A stretch of 64,000 nt of DNA, from the NCBI RefSeq assembly GCF_009914755.1, contig NC_060928.1. One strand, 5' to 3'. The notes under the pieces were generated by a model that worked only from the letters and a program-made list of their open reading frames with translations, ran no database searches and was not told where the DNA came from. Origin of the DNA: the human T2T-CHM13v2.0 reference genome, Homo sapiens. Below, one piece after another: positions 1 through 12,649 of the stretch (within the stretch, counting starts at the first letter, position 1; each line of letters opens with the position of its first letter). Position numbers and translations under genes: made by a program.

Positions 1-1398
1 GACACAGAAAAAGAATCCACAACTAAAAGTTTTCTAAAATAAATACCCTAAGAAAAGGAAGGTCAGTAGCCTATGTTCAGTGAGAAATCTTTTTAAATTT
101 TTGTTATTCTTGGGGGACTATGAAGCTGTTGTGGTCAACGTGCCTACTCTGAGATAAAACCCACTTCCACCTTTCCTCAAAGACTCAAAGAAGATGCTTC
201 TCCTTTCTTCCTAATGAAGTCCATAAGAATTCAGGATTCCTCCTTTGCTTACCTGTCTCTATAAAACCATACGATTTTCCCCTCAATAATAAATATTCTT
301 CTTATCATAGTTGCCTGGATTTAATTATCTCCATTTTCTAGTGCATCTTGTCTTTCACAAGATAATACTTGTTACTGAATTTTATTTGTCATAAAGATTA
401 CGTGAGATGCTATAAACAAAGTACTTGCCTGATACTTTCAATATAGGTAACTTTCAAATACTCAAACCTACACATAATATTATTGTGAATATCTAAAAAA
501 AAGTGGTGCTTCAAACAAGTGTCTGGTTCTATGGTTAAATATTGTCACTTCCTACAATTAGATATAAATGGGATTATGTCTGCTCTTAACCAGGTGATAG
601 GTTTAAGTGGAAGTAAGCTCAAATTGATACCAATACATATATGAAAGAAGCAAAGACACACAAAGTCTAACAAAGAAGTACAGAGCCTAGAAAAGAAGCA
701 CAAATCCATCAGATAACCTGTTTTCCTAAACTGCCCTCCTCTGTCATCAGACATCTTGACAAGTCTCTTATAAGGAATGGGTCAGTTTGAGTCAGGCAGA
801 ACCACAATATGATGGCAGGTTAGGCAAATATCTGTTGGGATCAGACAACAGAATCCTACACTAATGCCTAGAGAGTGGTAGACACAAGACCAACCAGGAA
901 TCTTGACCTAGAGATTAATTCCATACATTCCAAACTGCAGGATCTGCTGAATTCTTACATACTTTTTGTAAGAATATCAGGATTCATGCAGATATTCTAA
1001 GCAACTACTTTGCTGAATTTACTTTGCCCACAAAAAATTATGTTTAACGTTACTCATACTAAGTACTGATTCCTCTATGCAGAGTTCGATGAAGTTATAT
1101 AGGCCTTTTTCTATAACCTTTGGAGTATAAATTCCTGATTAATCTTTCAAATACAAATGAAACACGCTTAGAATATGAATTCCTTATTTGAGTACTTCAA
1201 ATCTTAGCTAACATTCCCTAGGTTGGTACTTAGCTCTAACTTGTATAGAAATACATGACACTGTTCCCAACAAACTATTGTTGAAGTAAGTCGTATTACA
1301 TATGACATCACTAATGTTTTGTGTTCTGTTTTTTATACATATTATGTAATAAACACTGAAAGTCTTGAGTATATCATTTTTATATTGACTTTTCATAG

Positions 1399-1808
1399 TG
1401 TGTAATTAAGTTTAGCCCAAAGCTGCCTTCTTACATACTTTAATTTTGCCTAAGTGTTTCTGCATACATAATGAACTGTTACCTAACTGGATGTGGAAAC
1501 AGACTGTACACTACTCTTGTACCAATCACAGAGTTTTGGACAATCACAGGTCGGCAACTGTTTAAAATATGTTGAAATAACTCAAACACTGAGCAGTAAT
1601 GAATTCAGCTGTTTCAGTACCTCGCTTCCATTTTCCTTACGTCACTTTTCTTTTACTGTCCGTAAATATTATCTGACCATTTGGCAGCCATGGGATCTGG
1701 GGTTGCTCTGAACTTATCCCAGTTCTGGGTGCTATTTTGATTTGTGAATTGTTCTTTGCTCCATTAAACTCTGTTAAATTTAATTCTTCAGAAGTTTTTA
1801 TTTTACCA
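1399..1808 (+). mobile_element. MER57-family solo LTR (ERV1)
   Basis: Begins TGTGTAATTAAGTTTAGCCCAAAGCTGCC and ends ATTAAACTCTGTTAAATTTAATT...TTTTACCA, collinear with the MER57 consensus as recalled; TG..CA termini; flanks ATAG/GTAG fit a 4-bp TSD with one mismatch. Confidence 0.85.
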
Positions 1809-2907
1809 GTAGTTATATACAGTAAAGTTCTTCTGAAGACTTCTGACAGTTTGAAGAGATGATTTCTAAGCAGATAGACTTGGAACAGAGTTTTACTTTG
1901 CTGAATATTTCATAGGTCAGTCTCACTCTAGCTAGTCTTTAGGTTTCATTGTGGATATCTATTTTCCCCATTGTCTGATCTTATTTAAGTCTATAGGAGG
2001 CATTTGAAGACTTAGGGGCAATGTAGCCAATCTGAGTAAAAACAGATGCTTTCTGTGTTTTTTAAAAAAAGAATACAAATTAATCAATAAAATAAATTTA
2101 AACTTAGACAATTTTTATTTTATATTACATATCAAATGCCAGACATAAAAAGACAGGAAGCATGTATCAAAATAATGTTTTCTTCTGAAAGACCTAAATA
2201 CATTCTCTTTCCTATAGTGCCTGAAAGAGCTAAAAAACAACGATAAAATAAATATTTTTTAAAGTGTAGCATCAGCTCTTAAAACAGACAGTGCTGACAT
2301 TTTGAGGTGTGAAAGGGAGATTAATTTTGGACAGAAAGTCAGAGGATGCTAAGAATATCAATGCTTTTTTGGTAGATAAAAACATATATCTTTACTGTTT
2401 CCTGTTTCTGTTCTCTATTTGCAACATTATCCACACATCTACTACTACCCTTAAGGAAAGCAGACAAATGAGAACACCATTTGAATGTGTGTGAAGTATT
2501 GTGAGGGCATTTTTTGAAATAAACTATTTTGAAAAATATAATTTTCAAAGAAAATACCAAAAAAAATTATAGAGAGGAATTACCATATATTAATTGCTAA
2601 GCGTTGCTTTCAGATTGCTTTGTATTACGTTGCTCCCTTCTTGAGCTTTTTATGTTTCAAATTCCTTACAAAGTACTTCGCTGGGCTACTGGTTTAGACA
2701 GGCTATCTAGAACTCGAATCACTCTAATAATGGTGGCGTGATCATGACAATGATCTCAAACATAAGCAGGCCAAGGTGAGGATAAATAGAGATAGGATTT
2801 CATTTATTCCCACTCGTTTTTTCCAGTGGACAGTTTTATTAACCCTTAAAGTTCCATCATTTAATAACTTTTTCAATTAACGAATGTCTCCAGAAAGGTC
2901 TAGGATG

Positions 2908-2948
2908 ACACACACACACACACACACACACACATTCATACACATACA
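2908..2948. repeat. (CA)n microsatellite
   Basis: Visible run of ~13 CA units plus a degenerate tail. Confidence 0.95.
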
Positions 2949-3134
2949 TTGCTAAAGAAAGGCTAGATTACAATCAGTGCACTTATTTTGTGTAAAAACT
3001 AAGAAATATTTTCCAATATGTAATACTTACTCTAGAGACAGTGGAAGTTCAGTTAGCAAGAGAGTTGTTTATGTTTTTTGTTTTTTGTTTTCTCTCCAAG
3101 TATTCATTCCTTTATACTTGGCAACATCATACAA

Positions 3135-3465
3135 ATTTTTTGTTTGGGGAACAGCTCCCCAGATTCTAGCTTTGTGTGTTTTAAGATGGACTGACGCCAC
3201 ACTTGTGGTTCTAAGGGATGATGCAAGATGCCACCCATCACAATTTGTGTTTCATGTCCTATCCAGTTAACTCAGGACTGGACAAGTGATCCTGGTTGGT
3301 CCAAAGACACAACCCAAGATATTCACTAGAACTCTTTGAATTACAGATTTATTAAGCTAGTTGGAGGTGGACATTGCCAGTCATTGTCACACCAAAGAGT
3401 GAGAGAATGCTTGAAAATCAAGCCAATTTAAAGAATCCAGAAGTGGGGGGGTCAGGGCAGAGACA

Positions 3466-3510
<45 letters not shown>

Positions 3511-3545
3511 GAAGAGAAGAGAAGAGAGAAGAGAGGAGAGAGAGA

Positions 3546-3586
<41 letters not shown>

Positions 3587-3765
3587 CCACACAGAGAAAC
3601 ACTTAATCTCCATGAAATCGTTTATGCAGCTAGAACCAGCCCTGTATAGAATAACAAATCTATTCCTAGAACGTTCACTTACATGAAATAATAGTTTTCC
3701 TTATTTGGTTATATAAATATAAAGAAAAATTCTGTCTCTCAAAAACGAAGTATTTTGGTTCACAT
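3135..3765 (+). mobile_element. Old ERVL/MaLR LTR remnant (MLT1K/L-like) containing a (GA)n expansion
   Basis: GGACAAGTGATCCTGGTTGGTCCAA and GCTTGAAAATCAAGCCAA...GAGAGA motifs plus a degenerate 3' end resemble old MLT1 LTRs; boundaries approximate. Confidence 0.45.
3466..3583. repeat. (GA)n / GA-rich compound microsatellite
   Basis: ~120 bp purine run, directly visible. Confidence 0.95.
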
Positions 3766-4499
3766 AAAAAGAGCTCTTCAGATGACTAAGCCATGAACTT
3801 CTCTAGGAACTTGTTAATAAGCCACAGATTTAAGTAATCCAATTTATGTATCCTTTATCATCCTAAATGTTTCCATTTATATAAGAATGTGAGAGCTGCT
3901 CTCCTTCATTTACTGAGTTGTGGAGATTATTTTTTGGGATTCCACAACAAAAATATTACTTAGATTAGAAGAGAATATAATTGATTCTGCTTTTCTGAAA
4001 AACTTTAAAAGTGTAGAACGTTTTATTTTTCTCATCTTTGTAATATGTATTTTTCAGCTTAAAAATCCACCTCCCTTTGTTGCATAAAACTCCACATAAG
4101 TCAGTTTCCATTTTCAAAATTAAATCAGTGCTATAAATTATAAATACTCTTGTCGTGAAGAAAATGCAGTTAAAAAATAAAACTAACCTTTCAGTGTCTT
4201 TTGAGATTGTGGGAAATTCATTACTTTGGTAAAACTTTAATAAAAAATGTTATATCACTGAAATATGTCTTTTTGTGGTTGTTTTGTCTTCTTTATATCT
4301 TTGTCAGGTCTTTTCATACAGACGTCAAATTCAAAGTATGTTTGGTCCCGTGCTAGAACAAACACAATGTCTTGAAAAAACAATAGAAAGTATTTCTAAT
4401 TCTAATAAGAGAATTCTTTTGTTGTTTTATTTTGTTTCAATACCTTGCCTTTATCGAAGATAATTAGTTCAGAAACTGAAAGACCTTATTTGAATGTGT

Positions 4500-5020
4500 C
4501 TTCAATAGGTTAGATTAGATAGCTAGAAAGATACGTACATACATATAGATATATAGAAAGAGATTCATTATGAAGAATTAGAATATTTGATTATATAGGC
4601 TGAAAAATCCCACAATCTGATGTATGCAAGCTGGAGGCCCAGGAAAGCTTGTGGTACAATTCCAATCCAAACGTAAAGCCCTGAGGACCAGGGGTGCCAA
4701 TGGCCTAAATCCCAGTCCAAAGACCCAAGAACCAGAAGCTCCAGTGGCCAAGGGCAGGAGAAGCAGACTGGCCAGCTCAGGCAGAGAGGGCTAATTCATC
4801 CCCCCTCTGCCTTTTTCATTCTATCTGTGCCCTCAGTGAATTGGATGATGCCCATCCATATTATTGAGAGCATACTCAATAACACGCTGTACACAGTATA
4901 CTTATTTAAATGGTAATTTCTTATGAAAACGCCTTCACAGATGCATTCAGAAATAGTTTTATAAGCAATTTGGATATCTCTTAGCCCAATCAAGTTGGCA
5001 TATAAAAATTAACCATTACA
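4500..5020 (-). mobile_element. MLT2B/C-type LTR (ERVL)
   Basis: Ends on + strand with CAAGTTGGCATATAAAAATTAACCATTACA (reverse complement of the MLT2 start TGTRATGGTTAATTTT..GTCAACTTG); internal GCAAGCTGGAGGCCCAGGAAAGC and GGATGATGCCCATCCA motifs. Confidence 0.85.
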
Positions 5021-5185
5021 GACTATTACTAAGAGATTGAAAGAATATATGTATTTGCCTCTTTCTAGAAGAGGAAAATAATATATTTGTTTGTTTCATT
5101 TTGCCATTTATTTTACTTCTCCCTTTTTACAACTACTAAATTGCCAACCACAATGGAAACATGATGTGAGATAAGCCCTTGGTTT

Positions 5186-6440
5186 GAAAGCTATTATGTA
5201 TGTCATCATTACAATCAAAGAGTGTGAGCATAATTGGTTTTGGGAGCCTGCATGCCTTTGTGCCAGTGACTGAGCTGCTTGAAATCATTGCCAGGGTCAA
5301 TGAAGATGATATCTACTGCAGCTATAGTGGGACTAGCCCTCTATGTGAGGAATAGCTCATGCAGTTATGCATCATGCTGTGGTCAAAAATGTGTGACTGA
5401 TGGCAACAGGGCAATAAATTAGCATCTGTCATGACCAAAGAAAAACCTGCTGGAGGTATCCATGGATTCACTGGAGGTGCAGGTAGCACCAGACATAACA
5501 ACCATGATTTTTTGGATAACCATAGATGAGGCAGTGAAGAACAGATTGAGAGATTCATAGATATATGAGACCTACTCTCAGCAGAGGAGTCTGTGATAGG
5601 TTACAGAGTTCCCTACTCTGGACAGAAAGTCTTGCCATTCCAGGCTCTCAAGAAGGGCCTCATCTCCAGGCCTTGAAACTGCTGGCTACACAACTATTCA
5701 CAGGTGGCATCATGTATCTCCAAAAAGAGCCATCCCTTGCCGCTGGACATCACTTGTGCCAAGGGGTACCTGGATGAAAAAACAAGATGTGTTAATTGGT
5801 ATCCAGGGACAATGCCAATGTGTGCTATGACACCTACACAGGAGCAGGTCATGCACAGCTGGCTTCAGCAGTGATACTGACATTGTAAGCTGACAAGCTG
5901 AAAAGCTGGCAGGGCTGAGCCTGCTGCCACTCTCAGAGAAGAATATCTGGGCCCAAAAGAAGGATCTCTACATCAACATCTAACCATATGAGTCCTTCCA
6001 AAGCCACAGATGAGGTGCCCATTGGCAGCTTCCAGGATATTAGAGTCATGGTGTTGGAGCATAACAACAGTTTGTACTTCATGGAGAAGTACAATTAGGG
6101 ACTGTCCTGGAAGTCACAGGTGAGCAAGCCCCCATGGAGAAGATTATCAAGATCCTCACCATTATCATTAAGGAGATGGTGACCAAGTGGCAGGAGAAAC
6201 TCTCTTTCAGTATCCTCTGTATGTCAATCCCAAGCATTAAGCTTCTTGACACCAAGGGTCTCACCATGGCATAAGTTAAGCAGCTTGATGATGGCAAGAT
6301 GTCAATGAAGGACACCTTAGATCTGGGCATCATTAAGATGCTCCTCAAAGGTAGTGGTGGTGTTGCTGGTGCTTCTGGGCAGACTCCAAGGAAAGAGTGA
6401 CCAGCTACAAGCCTATGAAGTGGTGCCTACTCAGCCTTAG
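5186..6440 (+). pseudogene. Degraded plectin (PLEC)-derived pseudogene fragment: plakin repeat domain plus linker plus start of the next repeat domain
   Basis: Hand translation across frameshifts: GSLHAFVPVTELLE (~5243-5284); ITIDEAVKN (~5516-5542); [31 protein letters not shown] (5572-5664); [32 protein letters not shown] (5725-5781); [74 protein letters not shown] (6134-6370, TAA at 6272); SKERVTSYKPMKWCLL. These are collinear with plectin's [115 protein letters not shown] as recalled. Multiple stops and frameshifts. Confidence 0.88.
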
Positions 6441-6887
6441 TGTATTAGGCCATTCTTGCATTGCTATAAAGAAATATCTGAAGCTGGGCAATTTACAAAA
6501 AAAAAAAAAAAAGAGAGAGAGAAAGAAAAAGATTTAATTGGCTCATGGTTCTACAGGCTTTACAGAAAGCATGACTCTGGCAGCTACTTCTGGTGAGACC
6601 TCAGGAAGCTTACAGTCATGGCAGAAGGCAACAGGGAGCCAGCAGGTCACAAGGTAAGAGCAGGAGCAAGAGAAACAGAAGAGAGAAGTCCCAGACTCTT
6701 TTAAATAACCAAATCTTGCATGAACTAACTGAAGGAGAACTCATTTATTCCCAAGGGAATAGTGTTAAAGCATTCGTGAAGGATCTACCCCCATGATCAA
6801 ATTACCTCACACCAGGCCCCACCTCCAACATTGGGAATCACATTTCAACATGAGATTTGGAAAGGAAAAAACATCCAAACTATATCA
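6441..6887 (-). mobile_element. MSTB-type MaLR LTR (3' LTR)
   Basis: + strand TGTATTAGGCCATTCTTGCATTGCTATAAAGAAATA ... TGAGATTTGG..ACATCCAAACTATATCA, the reverse complement of an MST LTR. Confidence 0.88.
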
Positions 6888-7006
6888 TTCTGCTTCTGGC
6901 TACCCAAATCTCATGTCCTTCTCACATTTCAAAGTACAATCATGCCTTCGTAAGAATCTCACAAGTCTTAACTCATTCCAGCATTAACTCAAAATTCCCA
7001 AAACCT
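6888..7006 (-). mobile_element. MST-internal 3' end fragment adjoining the LTR
   Basis: TTCTGCTTCTGGCTACCCAAATCTCATGTCCTTCTCACATTTCAAAG..CAAGTCTTAACTCATTCCAGCATTAACTCAAAA matches the MaLR internal end next to the 3' LTR. Confidence 0.75.
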
Positions 7007-7399
7007 TATATAAAACAGCAAGCACCAAGCTAATCACCCCCATCCCTGAAACCTCATGCCATTAATCTAATTTCAACATTTCCTAGTATGTTCCTTTAGA
7101 AATGCTTCCTGGAAATAGTTGTTTTTCTGCGTCCTATTTTTTGTTATCTGTATTTTAACTAAGAAGTTTTAATTTCATTTATTAATACATTGGCTTACTT
7201 TCACCAACTTACTTTATAATGTCCATTAGTCTTACATTTCTGTGCTTGTGTTTTTTAATGCTCGTGCCTTCTGTTGCATTGATGGAGCTCTTATTACTAT
7301 TATAATTTTAATTTTCTTATTTCATGCTTTCTTGTTTATTCTCTCTTTATTGGTTTGTCTATTTTATTTTCTAGAGGAGAGATATAAAATCTATTTCCT

Positions 7400-7582
7400 A
7401 GGGAGGCAAATGTGGCTTAATATATATTTTTGTAAGTCAAGTTTTATTAAAGCATAACCATATCTGTTTGCTTACATATTGTGTCTGTCTGCTTTCAAGT
7501 AACAATGGCATAGTTGAGTAGCTAAGAAAGAGATCTGACTGTCAAAGTCTAAACATTTACCGAAAATGTTTGCCAATCTTTA
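7400..7582 (+). mobile_element. MER58A-like hAT-Charlie MITE
   Basis: TTTTGTAAGTCAAGTTTTATTAAAGCATAACCA..ACAATGGCATAGTTGAGTAG..GTTTGCCAATC resembles MER58A. Confidence 0.7.
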
Positions 7583-7779
7583 CAGGAAGTTACTTTCAAA
7601 AGTTCACCATATACATTTACATTAACAATTCAAATAACATTTTAACTATTCCTATGAACACTGTGAGGTTTCCCAAAACACTTAGATTATGATTCTTTCT
7701 TTTCAACATATGTGTTATTTTTTCCAATATTTTTAGTTCTTTTTTTTTAAATTCATAAGTTAGATAATTATAATTGTTA

Positions 7780-8900
7780 TTGCTGCTGTCGGTGGCCATT
7801 CGCATTTAATTAATACTTTTTATTTTCCTTACCATTCCTTTTGTACCTTATACTATTTGTTTGTGTTCAATGTCTTTCTTCCTCAGTTCACATTTTGTAA
7901 TTTTTTTAAGTCTAGTTATCTTGGCGGTAAGCTATATTACCACTAAACTATTTTTTCATCAATATATTTTTTGTTTACTTCACCTTCTTTTGTGATTTGT
8001 TGTATACATAACTCTGGGCTGTGAATTATTTTCTCTCAAACCTTGAGGATATTATTCCACTGCATGTGTCTTCCACTGTTACTACCAAAAACTCTGCTGT
8101 CAAGTTAAAAGCCATTTCTTTGTATGTGACATTTAAAGAAAACTTTTTTAGCTTCTTTTAAGCTCTTATCTTTGTCTCTAGTATTCTACAGTTTTGCTAT
8201 AATTAATCCAGCCATGTGTTTATTTATTGCTATCCTTTTTGACACATTTTGCTTTTTTATTTTATAGATTCACGTTTGTCATAAATTTTGCCAAATGTAT
8301 AGCTATTGCTTTTTAAAATATTGTCTTTTCATCTGAAACTCCAATTGGATGGCAATCTAATTCAATCTATCCTCAATACCTTTCAATAACATTCTTATAT
8401 TTTCATCTTCATGTTTTACTGTGCTTCATTATAGGTTAATTATTTGGGAGTAACTTCCATTTAATTAATTTTGTTGGTTGTATCTAATATGTTGTATTTC
8501 CTTTTGATTAATTAAAAAAATCATAATACATTTTTTATTTTTAAAAAGTTTTTTTTTAAATTTACCTGCTCATGTATGATAGTCTTTTGAAGCTTAAACA
8601 TTTTTCCATGTGTCCTAAATATTTTTCATATATTTCATTCATAGTTATTTGACATCCCTTGTCTAATTATTCTAATATTTTCAGGTTTAAATTTGTTGGG
8701 GTAATTTCTTGATGATTGTCCCTTACATTAATTTGTTTTTCTCATCTGCTTTAAATGTACTTTGAATGTGAAAGGATTTTTAATGTACTTTGAACGTGGA
8801 TTGACCACTTTATCCTTCCTTTGGGAGACTTGCAGACCTAAATGGGAAAACCTTCTTCCAGAGAATATTTGCATCTACTTCTTGCAGCAGCTAAGGGCCC
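7780..8900 (-). mobile_element. Ancient L1M (L1ME-type) fragment
   Basis: T-rich antisense L1 signature such as TTATTTTCTCTCAAACCTTGAGGATATTATTCCACTG..TCTGCTGTCAAG; boundaries approximate. Confidence 0.6.
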
Positions 8901-9626
8901 CACGGAGGTAGGAATCACATTAGTCCTCCTTGAGGATCCTGGCTCAATTGAGACTCCTGGGTTTAATGAACATGGCGTACATACAAAACAGACCAAGTTT
9001 CAGGATCTGGATTGTAATACCGCTGCTGGCAACTGCTATATGGACATGATCATTGATCATTTCAGATATCCATTTCCCAGGATCCACTGTTCCAATCCCA
9101 ACATATGAATCTTTTTTTTCATTGTGTGAAATTATATGTCGACTTTCCTTACATCTTGTGAGACTGTTATGTCAAACTGTGAATGCTGTCCAGGGTCTAT
9201 TTATTCTGCAAAAGGAGAGTTCTTTCAAAAATTTTGTCCACCATTAATGACAATGTGGACATTCCCACTTCTCTCTCTCTTTCCATTTTAGAGCTCAATT
9301 TTTTTCATAGAACTTATCTTCTGTTTTTATCACATATTTGTTTGCTAATTTTATAATTTCTCAGCTCCCTTATGGTTGATGTTTACTGTTTTATTTATTT
9401 CCCCTACAGCAATGTCTGGAGTACTGTTAGGAATCAAGACATAAATAAATAAATAAAAGGACAAACTAAAATAAAGTTGAATTCATATATAATGTGTGGT
9501 GAAACTGGTATCTACCCAGAGTTATTTCTCCTTCTGTATCTATGTATTTCAATATCCTCAGTTTTTCAAGAACCAATTTAAATATTTCCTTCTTCATATA
9601 AATCTGTTTTCTGCCTCTAACCTATT

Positions 9627-10181
9627 TGTAGTGGGCATTTTTAATATGTTGTAGCATCTTTTACATACTCTCCTTTTATCTGAAGAAATTCCCATATGGA
9701 TCCCACATGGTTGGAAATAAAATTCAACGTTTTAGCTCTCTTTGTACCTATAATACAAGCATGTGACCTAGGTTCTGACAATCAGAGATACCTTTATGAG
9801 CCTAATGAGAAAGAGAGCATTGATGTGAAGTAGCTATTTTTTGGACTCTGTTTCTGGTACTCAAAGTGAGGCCTGGTTGAGAGTTATCAATGTCCCAGAG
9901 GTATCAATGGAAAATGTTTTACCACTGAAATCTAGCCCTCAGGGTTCTATGACATGAGCTTTGGTGCCTGTGCCTAGATGAGGTGGGATGAATTTGTGTG
10001 TTGGCTTACTGATTGGTGATTTGGTTATGGTTCTGGTTACATTGTTCTTGGTCTGGTATAATAACTTTGACCTTCCTGGAGATTATACAATCTACCTAAT
10101 AGCCCTTAAAAATTCTTCTTCTGCTTAAACAAGTGAAAATTGATTCTTTTGTTTCCACCTAAGAATTCTAAATAATATACA
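9627..10181 (+). mobile_element. Old ERVL-class solo LTR (subfamily uncertain)
   Basis: TGTAGTGGGC start, CATGTGACCTAGGTTCTGACAATCAGA motif, 3' end TTCTGCTTAAACAAG..GATTCTTTTGTTTCCACCTAAGAATTCTAAATAATATACA. Confidence 0.6.
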
Positions 10182-11282
10182 AATTTATCATATTATACCA
10201 CTTTATAATTTTCCAAGAGTTATTTTAATTATATTTTGGTAACATTTTTCCAAATGAAGGAAAAATTTGTCTCTTTATGCATTGTCTGACACCATTCTGT
10301 TTTATTGTTTTTGATAAAATACTTTATTATACTTAATTTAGTCAATTTATTATTGATAGTATCATTCATGTCTTTTAAATATTAGACCAATCTGAAACTA
10401 ATAACCAAGTCTCTACCATTTTACCTTTAATATCTTGTTGCCTGCTCTTCTAGTCCTAAGGACACTGTAATACTCACCTGCTTCCTTTACTCATTTGCCT
10501 TGTTCATTCTTAGTTAACGTCTGTAGAAAACAATCCTTTGATTCTTCTGCTTTGCTGAAAAGAGAATTATATTTTTGTCTCTATGAGGTTATGTATTTAT
10601 TTATGTAATTGTTTTTTCATTATATTACTATGGTAAAATATAAGTTTTATTAAGAAAAGGACAGAATGTATTTTTCTCAACATTTTATTGACTGTATTTA
10701 TCATAGTCCTACTACATAAAAAGCAATCAATAAATGTTAAAGTGTTGATAGACAAATAAATATTTACTAGTACATACATCATTAATACTATGAGAATAAT
10801 TAATAGAAAGAAAAATTTATGTGCAATTATATTTTTGTTACATAATTAAATAAAAATATCAGACAGTTTATATGACCATACTATTCTAATTAAGCCAAAC
10901 CAAATATTTTTCAAGTCAACTTTAGACATAGGAGAAACAGGTGATTATAAGTGAGTTTTTGTACTAATTTAAATAGTCAGGTGCAAATGGAGGTATTTGG
11001 TGATTATAGAGAGTCTTAATATTCAGTTGAATAGAATGCATAGTAGAGATAGTAGTATTGTGTGCTGTTGAATGTGTCCAAATATGTATGTACAAAGGTC
11101 ATATTTATTTATGCAGTGATCATGTTTACTGTCTTTGAAAATGTAAATCATGGAAATAAATTATCAAGTTTGGTATCTTTATGGTGTCAAACTCTTATAG
11201 AAAGTAAAGATTTAAAAAATTACAAAAGTAAATTTATCTTAAGATTTGTATTGTCAAAATAAGAAAATTTTAAATTAATGAA

Positions 11283-11820
11283 TGTATTACTTTTTATTGC
11301 TACATAAGACATTACCTCAAGACTTAGTGACTTAAAACAGTAATTATTATTTATTGTTTTTACAGTGTCTGTTGGTTATAAACTTAGGAGAAGGTTGGCT
11401 GGTGCTTCTGACTCAGGGTCTTAATGAGGTTGCGTAGAGAGATAAGCTGGAGCTTCAGTCATTCAATGTCCTTCCGGAGACCAGAATATCTTTTTTCAAG
11501 GTGGCTCTCTCACATCACCAGCAAATTATTGCTGAGTGCTGGTGGGAAACTTCTGCAGCTCTCCATGTACGTGCGTTTCTATGGGAATACCTAAGTGTTC
11601 TCATGGCATGGCTATGGGCTTCCTCCAGAATGAGCAATCCAAGAGAGCAGGGTGAACGTTGCAATACCTTTAATGACTGTTCTGTGCAAGCCACACACCA
11701 TCACTTTCAAAATATTGACCACACAGTCAGGTTTGAGACAATATGGGAGGTCATTATTGAAAGTCATCAATACATAGAAACAGAGATCATCAGTGGCCAG
11801 CTTGGAGGCTGGCTACCACA
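11283..11820 (-). mobile_element. MLT1F-type MaLR LTR
   Basis: + strand ends GGCCAGCTTGGAGGCTGGCTACCACA (reverse complement of the MLT1F start TGTGGTAGCCAGCCTCCAAG) and begins TGTATTAC..TATTGCTACATAA..ACTTAGTGACTTAAAACA. Confidence 0.85.
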
Positions 11821-12649
11821 GTAAGAAATCAGGAAAATAAATACGTATTTATGAAACAAAAACAACAATTTTTTATGAAAAATTTTATGTTCATATAATT
11901 TATTTTCATTATTACATAATCACAATCACACAAAATTACTTGCAGTGTTATTACATATTAATCTTCTATTGTTTATTCATTTGTTTGCATCCTAGGGAGA
12001 GAGATTAATAATGTGTAGCAAATCCTTGTGAAGGTTTATCATTTGCACTGAAAAAAATAATCTTTTATCACCCATATTTCTTTCTCATAAGGAAGATCAA
12101 AATGCATCTTGCCATATGATTTAGAGCTAGATATTAGTGAGGCTAGGAATAAAATCACAATTTTATACTGTGGCTGTTAACCTCCTCCCTAGTCCACCTT
12201 TTCTGCATAGAAGAACCAATATATTTAAATAATCTATTTTTAAAATAAGCACTAGAAAATTGCTTATGTTTATTCACATACCCTTTTTTCTTTCCTTTCT
12301 TAATTATTTTTATTAGTTAATTCATTACTCAAGTACAAATTCACAAAAACTTCCCTTCAAAATTATATGGAATGCCACACACATAGATGATAGTAAATGC
12401 ATACAATGTACATTTTTTGAAATATCTACTATATTAAAGTCTATGTTTTACTGCTTTGTGGAATATAACAAAAGCCAAAGATAGCTTTTTGCTAAAATTG
12501 CTTTGAGTATGGTTGCAAAAAATAAAAATAAAAAAATAAAAACGCTCATACATTCAGAAAACAAAAGTAATATAGTAATCTAATATAGTTTGTCAAACTT
12601 GATACACAGGTAATATACAGATAATTTCCCAACTTTATTTTTCCTAGTC

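Noticed and set aside
3374-3649. ER-rich 91-aa ORF
   Set aside because: Product of the (GA)n microsatellite.
6079-6348. 89-aa minus-strand ORF
   Set aside because: Antisense shadow of the plectin-derived sequence on the + strand.
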